A DNA stretch of 64,000 bases from Macrostomum hystrix. Its lineage: Eukaryota > Animalia > Platyhelminthes. The notes under the pieces are model-generated. The model did not search any database, was not told the origin of the DNA, and worked only from the letters and a program-made list of their open reading frames with translations. Shown here one piece after another: positions 46,790 to 60,810 of this stretch (position 1 is its first letter; each line of letters starts with the position of its first letter). A program made the translations under genes and the position numbers. Location of the stretch: positions 22,692,001 through 22,756,000 of the forward strand of contig CATNEN010000038.1 in the NCBI GenBank assembly GCA_950097015.1, in the 5' to 3' direction.

Positions 46790-47420
46790 CCAGAATCGTC
46801 CGAATCATGGAATCGTCTGAATCATGGAATCGTCTGAATCATGGAATCGTTCAAATCTTCGAAGCGTCGGAATCATGGAATCGTCCGAATCATAGAATCA
46901 TCCGAATCATGGAATCGTTCGAATCTTCGAAGCGTCGGAATCATGGAATGGTCCGAATCATGGAATCGTCCGAATCATGGAATCGTTCGAATCTTCGAAG
47001 CGTCGAAATCATGGAATCGTCCGAATCATGGAATCGTCCGAATCATGGAATCGTTCGAAACTTCGAAGCGTCGGAATCATGGAATCGTCCGAATCATGGA
47101 ATCGTTCGAATCTTCGAAGCGTCGGAATCATGGAATCGTCTGAATCATGGAATCGTCCGAATCAATCTTTGAATCTTTGAAGCGTCGGAATCATGGAGTC
47201 GTCCGAATCATGGAATCGTCCGAATCATGGAATCATCCGAATCATGGAATCGTGCGAAGCATGGAATCATCCGAATCATGGAATCGTCCGAATCATGGAA
47301 TCGTCCTAATCAAAGAATCCTCTGAATCATGGAATCGTCCGAATCATGGAATCTTCTGAAATCGAATCATCTTGGTCAAGCAATCTGAATCCTAGAATCG
47401 TTCGAATCATATGAATCAAA
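46790..47420. repeat. 17-bp minisatellite (gaatcatggaatcgtcc)n with interspersed ttcgaatcttcgaagcgtcg variants
   Basis: Direct tandem units. Confidence 0.93.
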
Positions 47421-48204
47421 GAATCTTCCCAATGTTAAATTCACAATAGGCATTACTAGCATAGTCCCGAAGTAAACGAGGGGCAAAACGCGGCACGATA
47501 CCGTCTCCCTCAGATTAGGATCTGTGACCTCATCTTGCTAGTCCTGACTTAGCTTTCTTACAGTCATTGTTTGGCAAGTGGATGTCAAGGTCTCTGTGTC
47601 TATCAAATGTGTACCAGTGGTTTTTTCTTCCCGTCTCGCTGTCTCCTCCCTATGTAATATTATTCTGGGTAGATTTTTTTGTTCAACAGAAAAAGTTGAG
47701 CAGCCTAGACACACTGCTCAACCATGCCGATCAATGACTTCTGCAAGGATACGCTTGCGCGGTGAGGTTGCACGCTTCTCTGACTAGGGAGACACTTCAG
47801 GTGACTTCTTCTACAGCATTGTATGGCTGAAGCTGGGGCTTATTGCTGCGTCTCTTGCTTTTTTCTTCTTTCAGGCCTTCACTGGCTGTGTGTGTGTGCA
47901 TTTTCTTTTCCAGCCACATATTTTAGCAGCCTCTTCAAGTCTTAAAGGAGTTGCTGCTGCCGATGCTGCTGCTGCTGCTGCTGCTGATGCTACTTGTGCT
48001 AAGAAGCTTCTATTTTTTCTTTCCACTTGCTAAGTATCCGTGGCTTGAGCTGTTCTTCAGGACCACTTAAAAAAATGCTGCGTTTTCTGTCTTCATATTG
48101 GCCATGCAACTTCTGGCTTGGTGCGTGTTGCCAGTGACTGCATCTGGCCAGTCCTGGCTTCTGCAATCAAGTGTGCGATCGCTGGTCCAGTGAACTTTAC
48201 ACCC

Positions 48205-49050
48205 ATCCTGCCTTCCTCTTCTCTCTCCTATCGACTTTCCCGTTCTCTCTCCTCCTCTCTAATCCTCTCCCCTGCCGCTTTACTTTTGTCTCCTAATTGT
48301 CTCTAATCCTCTTCCCCTTCTCTTTGTTTCTCTCCTCCATTTCTCTCTCGCTCCCCCTTCTCTCCTCTGCTCTCCTCTTCCTTTCTCTCCTTCTCCTCTT
48401 CCCCTTCTCCCCCTCTCCTCTTCCCCTCTCTCTCCTCTTCCCCTCTCTCTCCTCTTCCCCTTCTGTCCTCTCCTCTTCCCATTCCCATCTCCTCTTTTCC
48501 TTCTCCCTCTCCTCTTCCCCCTCTCTCTTCGCTTCCCCTTCTCTCCCCTCTCTCATCTCTTCCCTTCTTCCTCTCCCGTTTCCCTTCCCTCTCCCCTGCC
48601 GCTTTACTTTTGTCTCTGCTATCCTTTTCCCCTTCTCTCTGCTCCTCTCCTCCATTTCTCTCTCGCTCCCCCTTCTCTCCTCTGCTCTCCTCTTCTCTTT
48701 CTCTCCCTCTCCTCTTCCCCTCTCTCTCCTCTTCCCCTTCTGTCCTCTCCTCTTCCCATTCCCATCTCCTCTTTTCCTTCTCCCTCTCCTCTTCCCCCTC
48801 TCTCTTCGCTTCCCCTTCTCTCCCCTCTCTCATCTCTTCCCTTCTTCCTCTCCCGTTTCCCTTCCCTCTCCCCTGCCGCTTTACTTTTGTCTCTGCTATC
48901 CTTTTCCCCTTCTCTCTGCTCCTCTCCTCCATTTCTCTCTCGCTCCCCCTTCTCTCCTCTGCTCTCCTCTTCTCTTTCTCTCCCTCTCCTCTTCCCCTTC
49001 TCTCCCCCTCTCTCATCTCTTCCCCTTTTTCCTCTCCCATTTCCCTTCGC
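48205..49050. repeat. Polypyrimidine tract with ~280-325 bp internal duplications
   Basis: ctcccctgccgctttacttttgtctc recurs at ~48267, ~48591 and ~48868. Confidence 0.9.
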
Positions 49051-49729
49051 TTGCCAATTTTATTTTTACATTAAAACTTCTCAATGATAGGGCCATAAGT
49101 GGGTATTAAACTGGTAACTTAAAAGCCTAATTGATTGTTTTATAGCATAGCCAGTCACTGGCCTGTTGTCCATTAACCAGAGCGCGTTTTTTTGTAGTTA
49201 GTTTAGTGTTACAGCTGTATTGATAATATTCCAAGCTTTGGTCGTCAATGAATTTTCTATAGAATTATTTGTTAAGGAATTAGTCACTCAAAAACTGTTT
49301 TAGATGAAAGCTCCATATGTGCGATCCGGAAATGTAACTAGATATTCAAGTTTTCTTATTTTGTTTTGCCATAAAATAGTTGCGAAAATGGTTTGACCAT
49401 TCATCGAGCTGACGCTGCTGCTGCTGCTGCGTGTAACGATTTCTAAGCCATTTCAATGCTTGCGGGCTCCTTGCGATGTGAAGCGTCGCTACATTTTGTG
49501 TACCAACCGGCTCGGGTCTCTCTGGTGGTTTGTTTTCATATTTTCTTATTGTGTAGCTATTGTTAGCAAAGTGAGCAAAATGAGCAAAAGTTCACACACT
49601 TCCGTTTGTGAACACTTAACGTTAACAAAGACCTCTTAGGTTTGTTTGGCACTTAAGCTGGAACAGTGGCTGGCAGTCTAATAGTCCATGCGTCTCGAAT
49701 AGGAATAAAAGAGACGGTGTCAGGCTAAT

Positions 49730-50250
49730 TGGGGAGAGATGAAAAAAGAAAGGGGTGAGATAGGAGAGAGAGGAGAGGAGAGATGAGAAACGGAAGAGAT
49801 AAGACAGGGGAGAGGTGAGACGAGGGAGAAACGAGACACGGGAGAGATAAGACAAGGGAGAGATAAGACACAGCAGAGATGAGACACGGGAGAGATGAGA
49901 CACGGGAGAGATGAGACACGGTAGAGATGAGGCACGGGAGAGATAAGACGGGAGAGATGAGACACGGGAGAGGTGAGACACGGGAGAGATAAGACATGGG
50001 AGAGATGAGACAGGGGAGAGACGAGACACGGAAGAGATGAGACAAGGGAGAAATAAGACATGGGAGAGATGAGACAGGGGAGAGACGAGACACGGGAGAG
50101 ATGAGGCAGGGGAGAAATAAGACATGGGAGAGATGAGACACGGGAGAGATGAGGCAGGGGAGAGATAAGACATGGGAGAGATAAGACAAGGGAGAGACGA
50201 GACACGGAAGAGATGAGACAAGGGAGAAATAAGACATCGGAGAGATATTA
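49730..50250. repeat. GAGATGAGACACGGG-family minisatellite
   Basis: Tandem 16-bp units. Confidence 0.93.
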
Positions 50251-51104
50251 TATGGGAAAATGAGGCATGGGATAGTAGTCTTTAGGCCAGGACCTTATTT
50301 CGCCGTGTCTTTATAGATTTAGTAATAGGTAAGTTAAGTTAAGTTAATTTAAGTTAAGATATAGGTTTAAGAAACTAGAGCCGATATGTTGCGAACTAGG
50401 CAAATTACTCGTACAAGCTACATCGTTCAATATTTTTCTCGAATCGGATAGGCAATATACGATTGTTAGAACAATAAATAAAATAATCTACAGATCAACC
50501 TATGCTACGAAAAAACTTTCTATGAGCCTCGTCTCTCCAAGAATCGTCTACCGAGGACCATATATTAGAGGCGTCTCAATTTCACCTGGGCATTACAAGT
50601 AGGTGTGCTTGCGACTTTTCCATCAATTATTTAATAAGCCAGTAGCCTTGCAAAACGTGAAGATGCGGCGCAGGTATTTTAGGAGGCTGTTAGTTTTCAA
50701 TTTTAAGCTTCATATAGCTTTATAGCTAACTATGCTCCCAACTATTTCTTCTCGACAAGGTATTGGGCATTTTTTTCATCATTACCTCTTCGCCCAGCTG
50801 ACTGGCTTTGACTTGGGTCTGAAGTGGATGAGGTGTGAATCGCGGTTGTGTGAGCTTCTCTAAAACCCGACTTCTCAACTTCAGTGCAGTTTGTTAGAAA
50901 TTTATGCCAACTGGAGTGTGTCCAGAAAATTTTCCTCTTTTTTTTGCTTCTTCAACATCTTGCCGGGAGAGACCGCTGCTTTTTGTTTGAAGTTTTTCTC
51001 GCGCGGAAATGGTTAAGAGTTGCCTGAAGAATTTTAAAGAATGTCTGGGATCGGACATATAATAGTTCAGCTGAGGTTTTGTCAGAACAGTCGCTACTCT
51101 ATGA

Positions 51105-53980
51105 TGCAAGAATCGCAGCAAGAACCGTAGCTAGAGTCGCAGCAAGAACCGTAGCTAGAGTCGCAGCAAGATCCGTAGCTAGAATCGCAGCAGGATCCGT
51201 AGCTAGAATCGCAGCAAGAACCGTAGCTAGAATCGCAGCAGCATCCTTAGCTAGAATCGCAGCAAGAACCGTAGCTAGAATCGCAGCAGGATCCGTAGCT
51301 AGAATCGCAGCAAGAACCGTAGCTAGAATCGCAGCAGGATCCGTAGCTAGAATCGCAGCAAGAACCGTAGCTAGAATCGCAGCAAGAACCGTAGCTAGAA
51401 TCGCAGCGAGAACCGTAGCTAGAGTCGCAGAAAGATCCGTAGCAAGAATCGCAGCAAGATCCGTAGCTAGAATCGCAGCAAGAACCGTAGCTAGAATCGC
51501 AGCAAGAACTGTAGCTAGAATCGCAGCAAGAACCGTAGCTAGAATCGCAGCAAGAACCGTAGCTAGAATCGCAGCAAGAACCGTAGCTAGAATCGCAGCG
51601 AGAACCGTAGCTAGAATCGCAGCAAGAACCGTAGCTAGAATCGCAGCGAGAACCGTAGCTAGAATCGCAGCAAGATCCGTAGCTAGAATCGCAGCAGGAT
51701 CCGTAGCTAGAATCGCAGCAAGAACCGTAGCTAGAATCGCAGCAGCATCCTTAGCTAGAATCGCAGCAAGAACCGTAGCTAGAATCGCAGCAGGATCCGT
51801 AGCTAGAATCGCAGCAAGAACCGTAGCTAGAATCGCAGCAGGATCCGTAGCTAGAATCGCAGCAAGAACCGTAGCTAGAATCGCAGCAAGAACCGTAGCT
51901 AGAATCGCAGCGAGAACCGTAGCTAGAGTCGCAGAAAGATCCGTAGCAAGAATCGCAGCAAGATCCGTAGCTAGAATCGCAGCAAGAACCGTAGCTAGAA
52001 TCGCAGCAGGATCCGTAGCTAGAATCGCAGCAAGAACCGTAGCTAGAATCGCAGCAAGAACCGTAGCTAGAATCGCAGCAAGAACCGTAGCTAGAATCGC
52101 AGCAAGAACCGTAGCTAGAGTCGCAGCAAGAACCGTAGCTAGAATCGCAGCAAGAACCGTAGCTAGAGTCGCAGCAAGAACCGTAGCTAGAATCGCAGCA
52201 GGATCCGTAGCTAGAATCGCAGCAGGAACCGTAGCTAGAATCGCAGCAAGAACCGTAGCTAGAATCGCAGCAAGAACCGTAGCTAGAGTCGCAGCAAGAA
52301 CCGTAGCTAGAATCGCAGCAGGATCCGTAGCTAGAATCGCTGTAAGAACCGTAGCTAGAGTCGCAGCAAGAACCGTAGCTAGAGTCGCAGCAAGAACCGT
52401 AGCTAGAATCGCAGCAAGAACTGTAGCTAGAATCGCAGCAAGAACCGTAGCTAGAATCGCAGCAAGAACCGTAGCTAGAATCGCAGCAAGAACCGTAGCT
52501 AGAATCGCAGCAAGAACTGTAGCTAGAGTCGCAGCAAGAACCGTAGCTAGAATCGCAGCAGGATCCGTAGCTAGAATCGCAGCAAGAACCGTAGCTAGAA
52601 TCGCAGCAAGAACCGTAGCTAGAGTCGCAGCAAGAACCGTAGCTAGAATCGCAGCAAGAACCGTAGCTAGAATCGCAGCAAGAACCGTAGCTAGAGTCGC
52701 AGCAAGAACCGTAGCTAGAATCGCTGTAAGAACCGTAGCTAGAGTCGCTGTAAGAACCGTAGCTAGAATCGCAGCAAGAACTGTAGCTAGAATCGCAGCA
52801 AGAACCGAAGCTAGAGTCGCAGCAGGAACAGTAGCTAGAATTGTAGCAGGAATCGCAGCAAGAACCGTAGCTAGAATCGCAGCTAGAACCGTAGCTAGAA
52901 TCGCAGCAAGAACCGTAGCTAGAATCGCAGCAAGAACGGTAGCTAGAATCGCTGTAAGAACCGTAGCTAGAATCGAAGCAAGAACCGTAGCTAGAGTCGC
53001 AGCAAGATCCGTAGCTAGAATCGCAGCAGGATCCGTAGCTAGAATCGCAGCAAGAACCGTAGCTAGAGTCGCAGCAAGAACCGTAGCTAGAATCGCAGCA
53101 AGAACCGTAGCTAGAGTCGCAGCAAGATCCGTAGCTAGAATCGCAGCAGGAACCGTAGCTAGAATCGCAGCAAGAACCGTAGCTAGAATCGCAGCAAGAA
53201 CCGTAGCTAGAGTCGCAGCAAGAACCGTAGCTAGAATCGCAGCAAGAACCGTAGCTAGAATCGCAGCAAGAACCGTAGCTAGAATCGCAGCAAGAACCGT
53301 AGCTAGAATCGCAGCAAGAACCGTAGCTAGAATCGCAGCAAGAACCGTAGCTAGAATCGCAGCAAGAACCGTAGCTAGAATCGCAGCAAGAACCGTAGCT
53401 AGAGTCGCAGCAAGAACCGTAGCTAGAATCGCAGCAAGAACCGTAGCTAGAATCGCAGCAGGATCCGTAGCTAGAATCGCAGCAAGAACCGTAGCTAGAA
53501 TCGCTGTAAGAACCGTAGCTAGAATCGCAGCAAAAACCGTAGCTAGAGTCGCAGCAAGAACCGTAGCTAGAATCGCAGAAGGAACAGTAGCTAGAATCGC
53601 AGCAAGAACCGTATCTAGAATCGCAGCAGGATCCGTAGCTAGAATCGCAGCAAGAACCGTAGCTAGAATCGCAGCAGGATCCGTAGCTAGAATCGCAGCA
53701 AGAACCGTAGCTAGAATCGCAGCAAGAACCGTAGCTAGAATCACAGCAAGAACCGTAGCTAGAATCGCAGCAAGAACCGTAGCTAGAATCGCAGCAAGAA
53801 CCGTAGCTAGAATCGCAGCAAGAACCGTAGCTAGAATCGCAGCAAGAACCGTAGCTAGAGTCGCAGCAAGAACCGTAGCTAGAATCGCAGCAAGAACCGT
53901 AGCTAGAATCGCTGTAAGAACCGTAGCTAGAATCGCAGCAAGAACCGTAGCTAGAATTGCAGTAGGAATCGTAGCTAGAA
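51105..53980. repeat. 24-bp minisatellite (gtagctagaatcgcagcaagaacc)n, ~120 units
   Basis: Highly homogeneous; source of the 980-aa and 881-aa ORFs. Confidence 0.97.
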
Positions 53981-54614
53981 TTTTATTGAAAGATGTAGAC
54001 CTATTGTCTACTGAATTATGATCTGTTATTCAGTTTAAAAGTCAGATATAAAAGTTCAAATAATTCCGAACAAACAATAAGCACCTAGGAATCATGAGCC
54101 CTGAGAGTGTGCTAGTCTGAATGATTAGAATCGCAAATATTGGACCTCACTGAGTGTTAATTCGCTTTAGTTATGCGAGTGTACAGAAATAATCAGTTTG
54201 CAATCTGCTAATCTCTGGCCTATTTCACATACTCAACCTAGTGAGAGAATGGTTCTAGTGCAGTGGAAAGATTAGGTAAATACCAATCAAACACCAATAA
54301 ATATAATCGTAAACTGCAGTCAGTTGAAATCAGTTGAAATCAGTTGACGCCTGCTCTTGGAGAGGGGAAAAATCTAAACTCAGAAATTTTAATATTTTAG
54401 CGGGATTGTGAGTGCATTTTTAGGCTAAAAAATTGCACTTTGTAATAATTTACTTGCTTTGGTATGGGACTATTGTGGGAACTGTTAGAATGAAAAGTAC
54501 AATTAGGAATTAGCGGAGTGTGGATTGATAATATGAATTGCCGTGAAATATCTAGACAAAAGATCAGTTCAGAAACTTCTTGAGAGGATAAATGGGATAA
54601 TATTCCTTATCGAC

Positions 54615-55238
54615 AAAGGATAAGAGGATGGGAGATGGGATATCGCTGTGAGGATAAGAGAATGGCAGATGGGATATCACTGTAAGGATAGGAGAATTGG
54701 AGATAGGATATCGCTGTGAGGATAAGAGAATTGGAGATAGGATATCGCTGTTAGGATAAGAGAATGGCAGATGGGATATCGCTGTGAGGATAAGAGAATT
54801 GGAGATAGGATATCGCTGTGAGGATAAGAGAATTGGAGATAGGATATCGCTGTGAGGATAAGAGAATGGCAGATGGGATATCATTATGAGGATAAGAGAA
54901 TGGCAGATGGGATATCACTGTGAGGATAAGAGAATGGCAGATGGGATATCATTATGAGGATAAGAGAATGGCAGATGGGATATCATTATGAGGATAAGAG
55001 AATGGCAGATGGGATATCACTGTGAGGATAAGAGGATGGGAGATGGGATATCGCTGTGAGGATAAGAGGATGGGATATCGCTGTGAGGATAAGAGGATGG
55101 GATATCGCTGTTAGGATAAGAGGATGAGTGATGGATATCGCTGTGAGGATAAGAGGATGGGAGATGGGATATCGCTGTGGGGATAAGAGGGTGGGAGATG
55201 GGATATCGCTTTTAGGATAAGAGGAAGGGAGAGATGGT
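54615..55238. repeat. 34-bp minisatellite (gggatatcgctgtgaggataagagaatggcagat)n
   Basis: taagag recurs at 54621 and 54655. Confidence 0.93.
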
Positions 55239-56185
55239 GCTATGTTATATTAGATGTGAGGTAACTTATAAGGTGCAATAATTGTAGAGAATAATCTAAT
55301 TAGAATAGGCTACAAAGTATAGTTGAAGATAATAGTCATTTCTTTACACTCTTAATTGCATATAGGTGTATCACTGACGTATAGTTTATTAAGCTTCTAA
55401 CAAATTGCATAGCAGTGCTACAGACACAATATTAACCTCGCTGAGACACAAACAGAAGCAAACAGTTATACGCAATTAGATTTTCTCATTTTATTCTCAC
55501 TTCCAGTACAATTTTACTTTGCTTTCTGGCGTATATAGAGCTTGCATACCCTAACCTACTCAGAGGTTTCACAAGTGTTTGCTCTTAAACCAGTTGAGTG
55601 TCTAGAACTCAGGCTCTAAGTCTCTATATTCCCAAGTGCAATGCAGCAGAAGGTGACGTAGACTTGTGCGCGCGCCCCCCCGATAATCGTTAAAAGAAGA
55701 AGAAAAAAATCGGAAAGAAAGAAAGAAAGACTATTGAAGGAAAAACGAAGGAAGCTTCACCGGAGTGCAATTTGAAGTTTTCCTTATTTTTTTTCGCGCT
55801 GAACAGAACCAACACCTTTTAGCAAATATAAAAGTGTGTTATATAGCTAACTAAAATACTTGCATTGAATTATTACAATATTAAAATTGTGTGTCAGATT
55901 TTTCAACTCGTTCTACCTGGTTATTAGGAGTGAGGAAAGGAGGGGCGGGGTAGGGAAGTCGTTGGGCTATGGGAATGGCACTCGATCACTTAATGACCCT
56001 TGATTCACCAAATGGTTGAGGCTATGACAGGATATTGATGATTTGTTTTTTCACGGATACACAAATAATAGCTAGATTATTTTGCATTTACATATTTCGC
56101 CTCTGCCATTAGCATTTGATAAGAGTGGTTAGCGGTGTGATACTTTGCCTGCTTGTGTGAGTGCACAATTAAACACTCCTACCTC

Positions 56186-56748
56186 CTTTTCTCCCACTGT
56201 CTGCAACCATTTCTCCCACTGTATACTACCATTTCTCCCACTGTATACTACCATTTCTCCCACTGTCTGCACCCATTTCTCCCACTGTCTGCAACCATTT
56301 CTCCCACTGTCTGCAACCATTTCTCCCACTGTCTGCTACCATTTCTCCCACTGTCTGCACCCATTTCTCCGACTGTCTGCTACCATTTCTCCCACTGTCT
56401 ACTACCATTTCTCCCACTGTCTACTACCATTTCTCCCACTGTATACTACCATTTCTCCCACTGTCTGCACCCATTTCTCCCACTGTCTGCTACCATTTCT
56501 CCCACTGTCTGCAACCATTTCTCCCACTGTCTGCTACCATTTCTCCCACTGTCTGCTACCATTTCTCCCACTGTCTGCACCCATTTCTCCCACTGTCTGC
56601 ACCCATTTCTCCCACTGTCTGCACCCATTTCTCCCACTGTCTGCACCCATTTCTCCCACTGTCTGCACCCATTTCTCCCACTGTCTGCAACCATTTCTCC
56701 CACTGTCTACTACCATTTCTCCCACTGTCTGCACAAATTTCTCCCATT
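56186..56748. repeat. 22-bp minisatellite (accatttctcccactgtctgca)n
   Basis: Direct tandem units. Confidence 0.95.
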
Positions 56749-57359
56749 TTGGTAGATCGTATTAGAGTCTGTGTGAACTCATCCTAATGCCATCAGGGAC
56801 TAAAAGCTCACTTAAAATTAAAGCTCACTACATTAAAATTGACATCATTTCGTTTTGACGCATTTTCATTTCATCCCTTTTTAACCTGAAGCAATTTTCA
56901 TGGGATAAATTATCCTCCAAAGTTTGGGAATTTAAAAAAAAATCCTTTCTCTACAACTGCAAACTTTGCTAGCTTGCAGACCCAGTTTCGCCACCCCATC
57001 TGCAATGCGCTTTCCCCCTCGCGTTCCGCTTTTCTTGTGTCTGTCTCTGTCTCTCCCTCTCTGTGTAGATTGTAAAAGAATTCCCAAAAGCTGCATCCGT
57101 GCTCAGAAATATTGTTTGCCCATTAAGAGTCCCCATATATAGTGGGAAGATGGCATACAAAGACGACAGAAGGTATTGTGTATAATGGAGTCAAACCAAA
57201 TGCAAAAGTTGGACCTCAATTTAAATATTCCTTTAATTTATGACTTTCTGAATACAGCGAGCTGCGTTTTTTAAATTGAACGGAAGAAGGAAAACTAGAT
57301 GCGGTCTGCATCTCACACTAACGTCCCTTAGCTCGATTCCACATTCAAAATAAAACCAC

Positions 57360-58795
57360 CATATCTAAGTGTCTCATCTACATATCTAACTGTCTCATCT
57401 ACATATCTAACTGTCTTATCTACCTATCTAACTGTCTTATCTGCATATCTAACTGTCTCATCTACATATCTAACTGTCTCATCTACATATCTAACTGTCT
57501 CATCTACATATCTAACTGTCTCATCTACATATCTAACTGTCTCATCTACATATCTAACTGTCTTATCTACATATCTAACTGTCTTATCTGCATATCTAAC
57601 TGTCTCATCTGCATATCTAACTGTCTCATCTACATATCTAACTGCCTCATCTACATATCTAACTGTCTCATCTACATATCTAACTGTCTCATCTACATAT
57701 CTAACTGTCTTATCTACATATCTAACTGTCTTATCTGCATATCTAACTGTCTCATCTGCATATCTAACTGTCTTATCTGCATATCTAACTGTCTTATCTA
57801 CATATCTAACTGTCTTATCTGCATATCTAACTGTCTTATCTACATATCTAACTGTCTTATCTGCATATCTAACTGTCTTATCTATATATCTAACTGTCTT
57901 ATCTGCATGTCTAACTGTCTTATCTAGCTGGTACATATCTAACTGTCTTATCTACATATCTAACTGTCTTATCTACATATCTAACTGTCTTATCTACATA
58001 TCTAACTGTCTTATCTACATATCTAACTGTCTTATCTACATATCTAACTGTCTTATCTGCATATCTACTGTCTTATCTACATATCTAACTGCCTTATCTA
58101 CATTTCTAACTGTCTTATCTGCATATCTACTGTCTTATCTGCATATCTAACTGTCTTATCTACGTATCTAACTGTCTTATCTGCTTATCTAACTGTCTTA
58201 TCTGCATATCTAACTGTCTTATCTGCATATCTAACTGTCTTATCTGCATATCTAACTGTCTTATCTATATATCTAACTGTCTTATCTGCATGTCTAACTG
58301 TCTTATCTAGCTCGTACATATCTAACTGTCTTATCTACATATCTAACTGTCTTATCTACATATCTAACTGTCTCATCTACATATCTAACTGTCTCATCTA
58401 CATATCTAACTGTCTCATCTACATATCTAACTGTCTCATCTACATATCTAACTGTCTTATCTGCATATCTAACTGTCTTATCTACATATCTAACTGTCTT
58501 ATCTGCATATCTAACTGTCTTATCTACATATCTAACTGTCTTATCTACATATCTAACTGTCTTATCTACATATCTAACTGTCTTATCTACATATCTAACT
58601 GTCTTATCTACATATCTAACTGTCTTATCTGCATATCTACTGTCTTATCTACATATCTAACTGTCTCATCTACATATCTAACTGTCTTATCTGCTTATCT
58701 AACTGTCTCATCTACATATCTAACTGTCTCATCTACATATCTAACTGTCTTATCTACATATCTAACTGCCTTATCTACATATCTAACTGCCCCAT
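57360..58795. repeat. 21-bp minisatellite (tatctaactgtcttatctaca)n
   Basis: Direct tandem units. Confidence 0.95.
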
Positions 58796-59604
58796 CTATT
58801 CCTCTAGCACAAATATCTAAACGTGAGAATACACTATTTATCTGTAGCTATCAATATTTATATCTTACGCATATCGCATTATTAATATTCTGTCTCATCT
58901 ACACTACATATAGATTATTTATATCTGTGTACTCTTAGCACCTAATATAAATATTTGTCTACCATATCTGGCTATCAATTTTTTAATATAATTTTTATAA
59001 GAAAAAATGGTCATGTAAATTTGTTTGCTAGTCTAAGCTTGTGCGCGTATAAACGTGTGTTTGTCTGTGTGTAAATTGCACCTTTTTTGAGAGCGTTTCT
59101 CTTTCACACGGTTTTTTTATATTAAGTACACAGAATCTCCATGGAGTTTTAAACTGGTTGGTTCTTTAAGCTTTATCTTTACATATTAAAACGTATTATA
59201 TAATAGGTATTTAGTGTATAGAATTTCACTCTATCAAACACCATAGCTGTTGTAATTTATTGGTCTAAATTTAGTTTCTTCCTTAACACTTTTCGGGTTG
59301 ATGCTGCAATAGTTGTCTGGTCAGGCTTTGAGGAAGGGGTCAGTTTATAGGTGACTAATTAGCATCTTACCGGGGTGTACTACATTTGGACAGGAATCAG
59401 TTATACAAATTTTATTTCCTATTGCGTGTTTCGGCCAGATGGTGAGATGGTCGCTAAGCAGTATCTAGATTTTGGTGTGTTTTAAATATCTTTAAACTAC
59501 CCACACTTTATGTTTTCTAACCATTCTCTTTGTTTTCTACCCCACTCTAGTTTTTACCCCTTGGGCCTCAACCGTTTTCTCCTCCTTAAGTGTTCTACCC
59601 ATGT

Positions 59605-60810
59605 TCCATTTTCTACCCTGTACCATTTTTCTATCCTTCCCCATTTTCTACCCCTTCCCTTATTTTCTACCCCTTCCCTTATTTTCTACCCCTTCCGTTA
59701 TTTTCTACCCACTTCCGTTATTCTCTACTCCTTCCCTTATATCCTACCCCTTCCGTTACATTATACCCCTTCCGTTATTTTCTACCCCTTCCGTTTTTTT
59801 CTACCACTTCCGTTATTTTCTACCCCTTCCGTTATTTTCTACCCCTTCCGTTATTTTCTACCACTTCCGTTATTTTCTACCCCTTCCGTTATTTTCTACC
59901 CCTTCCGTTATTTTCTACCCCTTCCGTTATTTTCTACCCCTTCCTTTATTTTTCTACCCCTTCCCTTATTCTCTACCCCTTCCGTTATTTTCTACCCCTT
60001 CCTTTATTTTTCTACCCCTTCCCTTATTCTCTACCCCTTCCTTTATTTTTCTACCCCTTCCCTTATTTTCTACCCCTTCCGTTATTTTCTACCCCTTCCG
60101 TTGTTTTCTACCCCTTCCGTTATTTTCTACCCCTTCCCTTATTTTCTACCCCTTCCCTTATTTTCTACCCCTTCCGTTGTTTTCTACCCCTTCCGTTATT
60201 TTCTACCCCTTCCCTTATTTTCTACCCCTTCCCTTATATCCTACCCCTTCCGTTACATTATACCCCTTCCGTTATTTTCTACCCCTTCCCTTATTTTCTA
60301 CCCCTTCCCTTATTTTCTACCCCTTCCCTTATTTTCTACCCCTTCCGTTGTTTTCTACCCCTTCCGTTATTTTCTACCCCTTCCCTTTATTTTCTACCCA
60401 CTTCCGTTATTCTCTACTCCTTCCCTTATATCCTACCCCTTCCGTTACATTATACCCCTTCCGTTATTTTCTACCCCTTCCGTTATATTCTACCACTTCC
60501 GTTATTTTCTACCCCTTCCGTTATTTTCTACCCCTTCCGTTATTTTCTACCCCTTCCGTTATTTTCTACCCCTTCCTTTATTTTTCTACCCCTTCCCTTA
60601 TTCTCTACCCCTTCCGTTATTTTCTACCCCTTCCTTTATTTTTCTACCCCTTCCCTTATTTTCTACCCCTTCCGTTATTTTCTACCCCTTCCGTTGTTTT
60701 CTACCCCTTCCGTTATTTTCTACCCCTTCCTTTATTTTTCTACCCCTTCCCTTATTCTCTACCCCTTCCTTTATTTTTCTACCCCTTCCCTTATTTTCTA
60801 CCCCTTCAGC
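59605..60810. repeat. 19-bp minisatellite (ttattttctaccccttccg)n
   Basis: Direct tandem units; source of three >400-aa artefact ORFs. Confidence 0.95.

Noticed and set aside
46850-47190. Heat-shock elements in the gaatcttcgaa repeat
   Set aside because: Only two correctly spaced nGAAn units per copy, and no adjacent gene start.
47430-48200. Coding-like minus-strand segment with (GCA)n; similarly 50550-51100
   Set aside because: Stops in all frames I tried and no recognisable homology; possibly decayed element sequence.
51079-54021. 980-aa (+) and 881-aa (-) ORFs
   Set aside because: Read-through of a stop-free 24-bp repeat with non-ATG starts, no unique domain and no splice context.
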